A stretch of DNA of 64,000 nt, from assembly GCA_964016885.1 (NCBI GenBank), contig OZ024749.1, positions 19,840,001 through 19,904,000 of the forward strand, given 5' to 3'. This document shows positions 42,360 to 53,358 of the stretch, piece after piece. The notes below the pieces were generated by a model that worked only from the letters and a program-made list of their open reading frames with translations, searched no databases and had not been told where the DNA came from. Position numbers and translations under genes: made by a program. Source of the DNA: Eledone cirrhosa. Lineage: Eukaryota. Positions within the stretch are counted from its first letter, which is position 1; every line of letters starts with the position of its first letter.

Positions 42360-45300
42360 TCATCATCATCATCATCATCGTTTAACGGCTATCTTCCATG
42401 CTAGCATGGGTTAGACATATGTTGTCCCACTTGAGGCAAGATTGGTCGGATGACCGTGTCTCGCTCATATAGGACTATCTGGCAGGTTTTCTACGGCTGG
42501 ATGCCCTTCCTAGCACCAACCACGTTTACAGTGTGGAACTGGGAGGTTTTTACTGTGTGACCACATTACAGCGTGGACTGTGTGTTTTTTTTTGTCGTGA
42601 CACCTACACGACCTCATTAGTTCGGACTGGATGTTGTGGTACCAATATAACTTTAGTGAGAAAGGGATGGTGTTGGCGGGAGTGGAAGGATGGAGTAGAG
42701 GTAATGGGTTGGGGTGTATGTTTGGTTTGGGGGGCCCTACTGACTGTAGGTTAACTTTGCATGTAGGGAAGGCGGGTCTTCTGTAATACTGCGTGGCGCC
42801 AAAGATCTCGATCCAGTGACATTGTCTTAGAGAGGTGCAAGTGTGCAAGGTTGGAATTTATCATGTCGTCCCAGGTTTTTTTTGGTCTACCTACTCTGTA
42901 ACTTCCATCAATTTTGATCGCCCTGCACTTTTTTATACAGCTGTCGTTTTTCATTCGCATCACGTGACCATGCCAATGTAATCTTCTCTCAAGTAAACAG
43001 CATCTAATTCCTCTTATTCCTAATTACTCACTTAGTTCATTTATGTTTTGCCATTCATGTATTACACATCCAAAGGAGCATGCATGCTTCGTTCCTTTCC
43101 AGCCTGCACAGATCCTCTGCACACAATGCCCATGTCTCATTGCCATGTAACAGCCTGTCTTTCATTTTTAGGGAGAACCCTTTAGCGGCTAATAGTGGTA
43201 TAAGCTCTCTGAACTTTTTGCATCCCGTTCTGACTCTGGCTACTGTATTTTAAGAGTCCCCTCCACCACTGGTGATTTTGTCACCCAGGTAACAGAAAGT
43301 GTCCACTATTTCTATAGAATCATTTGGGCAGTAGAAGGAGCTAGTATCCTGTGGGCACTTGCTACTTATTGCACCTGAGCATTGGCTACATATAAAATCT
43401 ATGTTCTTAGATAGCTTGCCTGTGATCCCACTACATCTTTTGCATTTGGGACAGAGAATGGAATTTCTACCTACTCCTTTCCTACACACTAAGCATGGCC
43501 ATTTCCCAGAGGGCACCTGTGCCACTAGAACTTTAGTCTTAGACAAGTTAACTTTAAGGCTTTTTGATTCTAGGTCATGCTTCCTGTTTGGAATTTCTTC
43601 TCTAGTTCAGCCATAGACTCAGCTATGAGAGTTAGATCATCTGCATATAGAAGTTCCCATGCGCAGCTGGTCTTAAACTCCTCTGTTATAATAAACAGGG
43701 CAATAATAAACAGGAGGGGGCTAAGGACAGAGCCTTGATGAACACCAACTTTTACGCTAAACTCTTCACTATATTCGTTGTTAATTCTAACCTTGCTGAC
43801 TGTATCTTTAAATCTTTAAATGGCTTGTATAGCTCTCACAAGTCATTCATCTACTCTTAGTTTTCTAAGGGCCCACCAGATAATGGAGTGTGGAACTCTA
43901 TCAAAGGCTTTCTTCAAGTCAACAAAAGCTAAGTAGAGGGGTTTATTTTTAGCTAGGTACTTCTCCTGTAGTTGTCGTACAAGGAAAAGAGCATCTATGG
44001 TACTTTTACCTGACACAAACCCAAACTGCATTTCGTCTATATCAATTTGATCTCTGATTAGTTGTGCTATAACTCTTTCTGTGACCTTCATGACCTGGTC
44101 AACTAACTTAATGCCTCTATAGTTTTCTCTATCTAGGGCGTCTCCTTTACCCTTGTAGCAGTTAACGATGCTGCTGCTACGCCAGTCGTTTGGTATGACC
44201 CCATTCTGTATTACTTGGTTTACTATCCGGGTGACCATAGTATGTCCCATCATTCCAGATGCTTTCAACATCTCAGCAACTATCTCCGAAGGCCCAGCCG
44301 CCTTGCCTGTCTTCATATCTTTGATTACCTTACTTATTATACTACCTTTAACTTGCACCGCTGGTCCTTCTTTTGGATCGATTTGGGGCAGACTATCTTT
44401 TCCCCATTTATTCTCCTCATTTAATAGTCTTTCGTAGTGACACTTCCAAGCTACCTTCTTGTCAGTGAGGGCAAGTACACTATCATCATTACGGACACAC
44501 TTCTCCCCAACAATATCACGGTTTTCCTTGACACATTATCTTGCAATCCTGAACACCTCACGTTTTTGGTCCTCGCGTTGTAGAACATGCTTGAACTTTC
44601 TATCCTCTGCTTCCCTTCTTGCAAGGTACACTTGCCTCCTAGCTACCCTCCTGGCCCCTTGATAGTGTTCTCTACTTCTCCCATCCCGCCATACTTTCCA
44701 AGCCTGCTTTTTGGCCTTGATTGTCTATGCCACCTTACTGTTCCACCACCAAGTTACTCTCCTCCTGCCAATAGGTCTGCTCCAGCCACAGATTTCATCT
44801 GTCACTTTCAGCAGGTTCACTTTCAAGAATTCCCACTGTTCCTCTATATTGTACGTCTCTAATTGCTCTTCCTTATTGTCAAAAGCATCAAGTAATAAGC
44901 TTTTATGACTATGGGGTCCTTCAACTTCCATATTCTTCTCCTGAAAGTAGTCCTCTGACTATGAGGACACTAACTACTAGGCTATGTTGGGAGGTGCATT
45001 CTTCATGGGGGAAGGACTTAGTGTTTACAACAGACACTCTATCACGTCTTCTAGTAAGGATATAATCTGTTCCCCTGATCTGTGGGTGATCAAGTGATTG
45101 TCTTGTTTTTTGAAGTTTGTGTTACAGATAGTTAGGCATCACAGAATTCCAGGATTCTGAAACCTTCCTCATTTCTAATACCAAACCCATAGCCTCCATG
45201 GATTCCGTCATAGCCATCACAATGTTGTCTAATGTGACCATTCAGGTCGCCAGCATTAATTAAGTAGTCACTGTCGGTTATTTGGGAGGTAGTGTGCATT

Positions 45301-45585
45301 AGCGATTCATAGAACCTGTCTTTTATAATGTCAAGCAGGCCAGATTGGGGTGTATAAGCAGATATTATTGTCGCAGTAGTTCGATTTAGAACTAGTCTTA
45401 TTTTAATTATTCTGTTATTCACTCTATTTATGACAATTACCTTATCTACACATTTTTCTCCTAACATAATTCCTACTCCACCCAGTCCGTTGTCATTTCC
45501 CACCCAGAAAAGTTTATAACATTGTTTTTTACCCACAATGAATCTAGCAGACCCACCTCTCCACCTAGTCTCTTGAACACAACAT
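42360..45585 (-). mobile_element. RTE LINE, nearly full ORF span (APE + RT + PHD), decayed
   Basis: CVQETRW, ISAYTPQ, GDLNGH, NYRGIKL, QFGF, AFVDLKKAFDRV, WPCLVCRKGVGRNSILC..FICSQC, GRPKKTW, (ATG)n tail. Confidence 0.92.
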
Positions 45586-45597
45586 ATATATATATAT

Positions 45598-46145
45598 TAG
45601 ACTGTTGGAACTAGCTGTTGAAACAGCAAGAGCTCAGCAGTCAATCCTGACTCTTTCTAATATAATCATACTCTACTATCTCAAGTATTGAGTACTATGT
45701 TGAATAATGGTCTAAATAATTTAATACTGGTTTACTCCCCATATATGTATACATACACACATGGTCTGAAACAACAATAATAACTAGGTCACTGGCTGTC
45801 TCCGAATCAAATATTTTTTTCTGTATTTTCTCTGTTTGTGTATGCCATAATCTCTTTATTGATTAAATGATTATGCAATATACACCTGATGATGTTGCCA
45901 GGATCTTGCATAACCAGGACATTGAAATATATATAGTGTTTTTGCATCAATAAAACTTTAAAGGAACATCACCAGTCCGGCCTCTTGTTATTGTAATCAA
46001 ACCAATATTTAACTCCATTCCTGCACGAACCACAGGATTCAACATCAACGATAGATGAGTTGCGTAACGTAGAGTGCTTTTCCTACTATCGCATCATGGT
46101 TAAATAAACAGAATGACTAAACGGAGTGGTGAACCACTAAACATG
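45598..46145 (+). mobile_element. Probable solo Penelope-type pLTR between (TA)n tracts
   Basis: Non-coding unique block containing a hammerhead followed by AATAAA. Confidence 0.5.
45873..45947 (+). ncRNA. Type I hammerhead ribozyme
   Basis: ATGCAA.TACAC-CTGATGA(45886)-TGT..ACA-TT-GAAAT-ATAT-ATA-GTGTTTTTGCAT; stem I CAC/GTG plus TGCAA/TTGCA. Confidence 0.68.
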
Positions 46146-46374
46146 AATGTATGTATATATATATTTATTTTGTATATATATATATATATACAGAATAAAT
46201 GGAGGAGAGGCAATATGTTTAAAACCAAATTTTACTTCTTACATTATGTTTCATCTATACAACAGTGAATAACAGTCCACACATATTTTTTTGTGCATGT
46301 ACATATACTGTATCACACTTTTTCTCTCTCTCCTCCCTTCTTATGATACATATCTCCCCTTTAATTATATATAT

Positions 46375-46618
46375 GCGCATGTAGGATGACCGATGGGTGA
46401 AGAAGTGCCAGGAAATGCCAGTTGAAGGAAGACGTGGTAGAGGTAGACCACGAAAAACATGGGCGGAGGTGGTGAGAACAGACCTCAGATCGTTGAATCT
46501 CACGGTGGAGATGACGAAGGACCGTGACGAGTGGAGAGATGCTGTGCTGAATAAGACCCATCCCACCCTTGCAAGCAGGGAAGAGCGGACGTAAAATGAT
46601 GATGATGATGATGATGAT
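46375..46618 (+). mobile_element. RTE LINE 3' fragment
   Basis: VEGRRGRGRPRKTWAEVVRTDL..DRDEWR, (GAT)n tail. Confidence 0.85.
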
Positions 46619-46685
46619 AATATATATATATATATATATATATATAATAAAATAAAACAAGGACGAGTGATTACTCCTTCATTAC

Positions 46686-46865
46686 GTTTATAGGTTGGTG
46701 ACGTGTGTTTTACCACCGATCAGCTCAAGGTTCGATCTGTATCGATCTAGACGGACTCTGTAATCTAAGCGTCTGACGAGCCGCGGATTACAGAGTCGGG
46801 CTAGATCGATACAGATCGAACCTTGAGCTGATCGGTGGCGAAACGCGCGTCACCAACCTATAAAC
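46686..46865. mobile_element. 180-bp fold-back element with hammerhead core
   Basis: 80-bp arms, 20-nt loop; CTGACGA(46773)-GCCGC..GTGGC-GAAAC-GCGC-GTC(46851); stem I weak. Confidence 0.65.
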
Positions 46866-47860
46866 ATAAAACGAGCGAGACGACCAATCTTGCCTCAAAT
46901 GGGACAATTCCTGTCTAAACCCATGCTAGCGTGGAAGATAGACGTTAAACAATGATGATGATGATGACACTCTGTCTAGCTCTACACTTCGATACAGAAG
47001 TGTACCTAAACATCGAGTGCTCACCCGGGTGAACGTACAGTAACTCCAAGTTACACTCCCTATATATATATATATATATATATACATCGAGATGAGTTGG
47101 TTGACATAGCAGAGTGGTTTAGATACTTGTACTAGGTCTCTGTTTTGAGATCAAATCCCAGTGAGGTCTACTTTCCCTTTGAAGTCAATAAGGTAAGAAC
47201 CAGCCCAGTACTGGTGCTGCCCCCCTCTCTCTCTCTCCAGTCACATCCTGGATGGTGTCCTGTATCTAAACGATGGAGGGAGGATCTGGTGGATGTGTAT
47301 GTTTGCTTGTGACTACATGGGCGGTTAAAACCCTTAGTGAAAGCATGGTACATTACTATCAAGTCATACTCGATTGTCTGTTACGGCAGTAGTTGTTGTG
47401 TATCTATATAGCATCATCATCATCATCATCATTTAAAGGGTTGGACCAAGTCAGTACTTACTGACCTTTCAGATGGGTCGGTGTGTGTGTGTGTGGTGGG
47501 GTGATGTTGGGGACATCTCACTTAACATTTATTCCCACACTCTCTCTCTTCCTTTGATAAGTTTTCTATGACTGGGTTCCCTTCCTATCACCAGCCACTT
47601 TACAGCATGTACTGGGGGCATTTTATTACTTTTCTTTGTTTTTTTTATTGTATGTATGTAAATTAAGTGAAGTTTTTGTCGTACGTAGCCTTGGTTAGCT
47701 TAGAAATTCCAGTCATATTGGTTTCTAATTGAGGCCCAAGGTCATCAAATTTGGGGGAAGGGAAAAGTTGATTAAATCAACATTCAATATTGGTTTCTAA
47801 TTTAGACACACCATCATCATCAACATCACTTCTAAATACCTATTTTCTATGCTTGCATGG

Positions 47861-48076
47861 GTGTTATAATGGTGTGACACACCTGTTTTGTATATTTGTG
47901 TGTAACGAAGGTAACACCCAAGGTATTCACCAGGTGTAATTCTGAATTACCAACGAGAGACTACAACAAGACTCCATACACAGTCTCTGTGACAGTTCAT
48001 TTCTGTTCTTATTTATAGACTTTACGCCTAGTCAACTTTTAGTTACATGGGGGTATTCAGGGTTTTTCCCACAACG
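47861..48076. mobile_element. Possible solo LTR inserted in an RTE-tail repeat
   Basis: Interrupts the CATGGG|TTAGACAGG consensus; starts TGTTATAA and ends CCACAAC; no clear TSD. Confidence 0.3.
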
Positions 48077-48177
48077 AGTTAGACAGGTTGTCCTGTTTCA
48101 AGGTTTATCTAGTCAGGTGACCATGTCTTGCCCGTATATTACATTTTTGGCTTTGTTTCTATGGCTGGATGCCTTAA

Positions 48178-48397
48178 CCCTTTAGTATTTACATTACTCT
48201 ATATCTACTATTGTATTTTCACAGTAAAGGTTTTACCTTACATAATATCTCACATAATATTGAATCTACGAGATTTTGATGTTATTTATTTTGAGAACAA
48301 TACCTTAATGTAGGTATGAGTGGCAAGTTATGGCCGGTTTGAACAGAAAGAGGTGAAAGAATTCTGACTGGATATGGCCGGTTTAAATGCTAAAGGG
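48178..48397. mobile_element. piggyBac-type MITE
   Basis: TTAA|CCCTTTAGTATTTA...TAAATGCTAAAGGG|TTAA. Confidence 0.88.
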
Positions 48398-48796
48398 TTA
48401 AATGCCAGCAAATTTGTGGGAAGGGCAAAGCTGATTGAATCAACCCTCAGTATGCAACTGGTACTTTATTTTCTTGACCCCAGAAGGACAAAAGGCAAAG
48501 TTGACCATGGCAGGATTTTAAAACAAACTGCAGTCTGCCTCCTGATTTCAGTGAATGGTGAAACACAAACACACTCGTTATGCTTCAGTTCATATGTTGA
48601 TTATAGCTTTACTAATTAACCACTTAGTCACATATGTTCTTCTCCAAATGTCAGCTTAATTATTTTTAAAATTAAAACTACAGTAATTTTATCCGTAACT
48701 AATGAAGGCTGTTTTTTTAGGTTAGGGAGGTGAATACATTTCTCTTTCTCCTCGCTCTCTGTTCCCTAGAGAAGTTTTGTTTCAGTTGGTAGGGTG

Positions 48797-48847
<51 letters not shown>

Positions 48848-49199
48848 ATTTCTGTAATGTGTGTGGTCTAGTGGTTAGGGTGTTAGATTCACAATCATAA
48901 AGTGGTGGGTTCATTCCCAGTCTGGTTGATTCTTGTGTTGTGTTTTTGAGCAAGGCATTTCATTTTATCTTGCTCCAGTTCATCACACACACATATAAAC
49001 TCACACACACACACATATAAACTCACACACACACACACATATAAACTCACGCACACACACACATATAAACTCACGCACACACACACACACATATAAACTC
49101 ACACACACATACATAAACTCACACACACGCCATATTTCATGAGTATAAATGTATTAAGTTTATCATAACATTTTTTAACCCTATATATATAGATATACA

Positions 49200-49690
49200 C
49201 TTCGTTTTTTAATTGTTTTACAAAATTTCTTATCTGAAACCGTGTGTTGAAACAGATATTGTTATACTTTGGGAGGGTCATGCTGCCAATAAAAACACAC
49301 ACACCTGTTGGTTTTCACTTCAATTTATTATACATTTCCGGTTGGTTGGTTTGATAACTGGATGGTTGTTTATATATTGTCAAAGCCCTTTCGTCACACA
49401 TTCTGTGACCTCCTCAGTGACTGGGTTTTTATTTTGTGTCTCTTCTTTGTTCTATCCTACACCATCTCGTTCTTGTGACAGAACACACAAAAACAAGATG
49501 GTGTAGGACAGAACAAAGGAGAGACACAAAATAAAAAACCCAGTCACTGAGGAGGTCACAGAATCTGTGAGGAAAGAGCTGGTTATCGAATCATCCAACC
49601 AACCAACCAGAAATTTATAATAAATTGAAGTGAAAAAATCAACAGGTGTATGTGTTTTTATTAGAAGTATGACCCTCCCAAAGTATAACT
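49200..49690 (-). mobile_element. Palindromic hammerhead element, diverged copy
   Basis: Inverted arms 49256-about 49467 and about 49496-49689; homologous to 59943-60510 in opposite orientation, including the unpaired tail. Confidence 0.82.
49379..49421 (-). ncRNA. Type I hammerhead ribozyme
   Basis: GTCA-CTGAGGA-G-GTCACA-GAATG-TGTGAC-GAAAG-GG-CTT-TGAC. Confidence 0.8.
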
Positions 49691-50221
49691 ATATATAGTG
49701 ACCACTTTATGACCACTTTACAGTGTAGGCTGGATGCTTTTTGTCGTGATGCCTACATGACCACTTTACAGTGTGTGCTGGATGCTTTTTGTTGTGACAT
49801 CTTCATGACCACTTTACCGTGTGGCTTTTTGTTGTGTCACCACCACAACCACGTTATAGTAGGGGCTGGCGACTTTGTTGGGAGAGGTGAGTGGGGATTG
49901 AGGTGGTGGGTGTTTGGGCATGTGTGAGTGTTAGGATGTGGGAAGAAAATGGAAGGTGGTGCACACTGTATGTGTGCTTCAGCCTGTGCTCATATGGAGG
50001 CAGGTCTTCTGTATTACTGTATAATGCCAGAGATCTTGATATATGTATATATATAATGAAGAAAGTGTGTAAGGAACCAGGTGGACCATAACGCACCAGA
50101 GTACTTGATACTTAGGATAGTAGAGTGGGTAATAGGAAAAGTTCCGGCCTTTTCAACAGCTAGAGTTCGGATCTAGCTGTCGAAACGGCCGGAGCTCGGC
50201 TGTCGGGATCCTGACTCTTTA

Positions 50222-50309
<88 letters not shown>

Positions 50310-50354
50310 AGTGTGTGTGTGTGTGTGTGTAGCTGTTGGCTAGACACATTATAT

Positions 50355-50541
50355 CAGACCTGCCAATCTCTAAAAACCCAAATGGGAAGTATCATGAAAA
50401 GAAGTGTCCCAAAACAGGGCAAAATGGGGAGATTTTACATAATGAAAGCTATACCTATTTTCACAAGAGAAGACATCTTTCACCTCCACCCCAAAGTGGA
50501 TGGGAGATCTCCTCGTTGGGCAGGAAGACTTTACAGGTCTG
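50355..50541. mobile_element. Short MITE
   Basis: TIR CAGACCTG...CAGGTCTG flanked by ATAT. Confidence 0.55.
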
Positions 50542-50580
50542 ATATATATATATATACATATACATACACATACATACATA

Positions 50581-50935
50581 CAGTGTACCCCCAACATTTG
50601 CGGTCCCGGTTATGTGTGGAATTTTCCTTTGAACCTAACTAATAATTGTTTGTGGTTACCACCGCATATTCGCGGAATTGTAAATATCTTAAGCAATTTT
50701 TTAATGGCTTTTTTCGTGGCAATATATATATTTTTAATGCTAAATTATTAATAACAATATACTGCATTCACCGGCCTATTGGATGGCTCTTCACATAAAA
50801 CGGTCCCTCTTTTTTTATTATGTTTTACGTTATATTTAGAAGTTTATAGTCATTTTTATGGACCATGTCCAATATTCGCAGGTTTTTCACTCTTCGCGTG
50901 TGTTCTAGGAACGTAACCCCCACCGGGAGACAAGT
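50581..50935. mobile_element. Tigger/pogo-like MITE, degenerate
   Basis: TA|CAGTGTACCCCC..TTTGCGG start; TTCGCG..GGAACGTAACCCCC end motif. Confidence 0.55.
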
Positions 50936-50990
50936 TTATATATATATGTATATATACCATAAAGAGAGACAAACACAGATATATATATAT

Positions 50991-52239
50991 CTGCAAAGAC
51001 CCTCAACAAGATGATTCTTAACAGGATCCAGCCCGAGATGGAGAAGAAGCTCAGGGACAATCAGAACGGTTTCAGAGAGGAAAGATCAACCACCAGTCAC
51101 ATCCTGATGCTGAGGAGGATATTAGAGGGAGCTAGAGCAAAGTGCCTTCCTGCGGTCATGGTTTGACTTTAGGAAGGCCTTTGATTCTTCATCACTGCCT
51201 GATGAAGATCTAACAGGCTTATGGAATCCCCAAGAAGCTAGTGGACCTGATATCATTGCTCTATACCAACACCAAAGCCTGATGGGATGACAGAGTTCAT
51301 TGAGATACTGGTTGGAGTGCTCCAGGGAGATACATTGGCTCCCTACCTTTTTATCATTGTAGTGGACTATTGTATGCGCCTTGCGCTGGAGAAACACCAG
51401 GTCTCTGGCTTTACTGTAACACCTGCTCAGAGCAGGAGAGTTAAGGCAAAAAAGATATCAGATGCTGAATTTGCCAACGACATAGTTTTGGTGACAAACA
51501 CAGTGAAGGAGACAGAGGATTTGATGCAGGCGGTGGAGACTATGTTGATGGGTGTGGGGTTGAGAATGAATGAGATTAAGACAAAATATCTGGTAGAGAA
51601 TATTAAGAAGCCAGAGAAGATTACTAATGTAGGCGAGAAGCCGCTAGAATTGGTTGAGGACTTCCTGTATTTGGGAGCAAAGATTGGGAATACGGAAGAT
51701 GATGTGGTTGAGAGGAAGAGCAAAGCCTGGGCGGCGAACCACAGCTTGAGATCGGTGTGGAAGTCGGACCTTCGTAAAGACCTGAAGATCTGCCTCTTCG
51801 TTGCTATAGTGGAGTCTGTGCTGTTGTACGGGTCTAAGACTTGGACACTGACCAAGAAACTCACTCAGATGGTGGATGGGTGCTACACGAGAATGCTGAG
51901 GATGGCTCTAAACATTAATCAGTATACACTGAGGATGAAGAACTCAGAGCTGTACGGGAGCCTCCCAAAAGTCAGCTCAAAAGTGACACAGAGGAGACTG
52001 AGGTTAGCTGGACATGCTCACCGACATCAAGAGTTGACATTGCATTCAGTGTTCCTGTGGGAGCCCCTGTATGGCACACTGGAAGAGGAAGACCGAAGTT
52101 ATCATATGTTGATGCCCTAAGGACAGACACTGGTCTGTTGGAGACGCAGGACATGGCAGCAATAATGAGGGACAGAGACCACTGGAGAGAACTCATCCAT
52201 GGATCTCGGGAATTTTACCCGCCCCAGATAGATAGATAG
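50991..52239 (+). mobile_element. 5'-truncated RTE-group LINE with (GATA)n tail
   Basis: NQNGFR..STTSHIL, DFRKAFDS, GVLQGDTLAPYLFIIVVDY, FLYLG, ESVLLYGSKTW, RRLRLAGH. Confidence 0.9.
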
Positions 52240-52427
52240 TTGTCCCCAGTATTCATGGACGTTACATGTATAATATATACATTCATGCACACGTGTGTGT
52301 ATGTGTAAAGCTGTTGGTTAGACACATTATATTTACATCCTTCTTATCAATTCATCTTCAGCCAGGTTACTTAAATGATGTAAAGTTATGAATAACTTTC
52401 AGCCAACTTATCTATCTATATATATAA

Positions 52428-52565
52428 TCTTCTATATATATAAAACAGAAGATGTCTGTCTGTCTGTCTGTCTGTGTAACCGCATGCATTTCTATATTTT
52501 ACAATCGATTTGCACCAAATTTCATATATAGGTTTCTGAAGAGTTATACCGGGTACCACTGCTAG
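52428..52565 (+). mobile_element. Miniature Helitron (about 138 bp)
   Basis: A|TCTTCTATATATATAAAAC, (GTCT)n, 3' CCGGGTACCACTGCTAG|T resembling the 17893 terminus. Confidence 0.7.
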
Positions 52566-52591
52566 TATCTAATAAAAACAACAATAGCAAC

Positions 52592-53358
52592 TGTGGTTAG
52601 AAAAAGCTATCTCACTTACCGCTTTTCATAGGCGCCGCTAAATCCCATGGCTGGTTTCTCCTCTTCCACATGCGTCCAACTCATTAACACCCGGGAGCTG
52701 CCAAACTTGCGTCCACACCGTTCCTGGTCACCACTAGAGAGAGACCAATCTGCTGGCCCTTCCGGTCGAGCACCCTTCCGGTCAAGCACTCTTCAGGTCG
52801 AGCACTCCCCAGCTTCCGGCCACCGCACACCACATCATACCCCCCCCCCCCCCGATCTCAAGGATCAATTTTCCCCTTGTCCTTCTGCATATGAAAGTCT
52901 GCTGTCCAGGTTGGTGGTTTGCGACTTCTTTGCGATCTCCGCAGTGTTGGGGCTGCACTTTGTTGAGTTTCCTCTTCCTCGGAGTCCGTTGACACAGTGA
53001 TTCTATGGACATCCAGGACATGATGTGGTACTCCGTCCACGGACACATTGTTCTGGGAATTTACAGCCGTCACCGTTCCCCTTCCCCATTGAGATGTGCA
53101 ACGTGCATCTGGGGGCTTAACCCAGACTTCTTTGCCCACCTGCATGAATGCATTCTCTCTCCCCACTGGCCGTTGTGGTGGCGCGCACGGGTGCCGCCAC
53201 TCGTATCTGAATACTGCTCTGTGTGGCACCGATTCCTCAACCTGTCCCACCCGAGGGGACATGTTGTACCAGAACACTGCCTCCATTGGTGAGATATGGC
53301 CCCACTCCGCCATTGCCTTGATTGTCCGGTGGTGTCGCTCCACAATTCCATTCCAGCA
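52592..53358 (-). mobile_element. Gypsy LTR retrotransposon 3' fragment (integrase C-terminus, PPT, probable 3' LTR)
   Basis: NGIVERHHRTIK..AVFWYN..EVWVKPP..CTSQWGRG; poly-G PPT at about 52840-52854; putative LTR about 52837-52592 ending CA. Confidence 0.8.

Noticed and set aside
48721-48792. TTTTTTTAG|GTTAGGGAG (VRE) as METTL4 exon 3
   Set aside because: Reaches a stop within 24 codons; similarity too short
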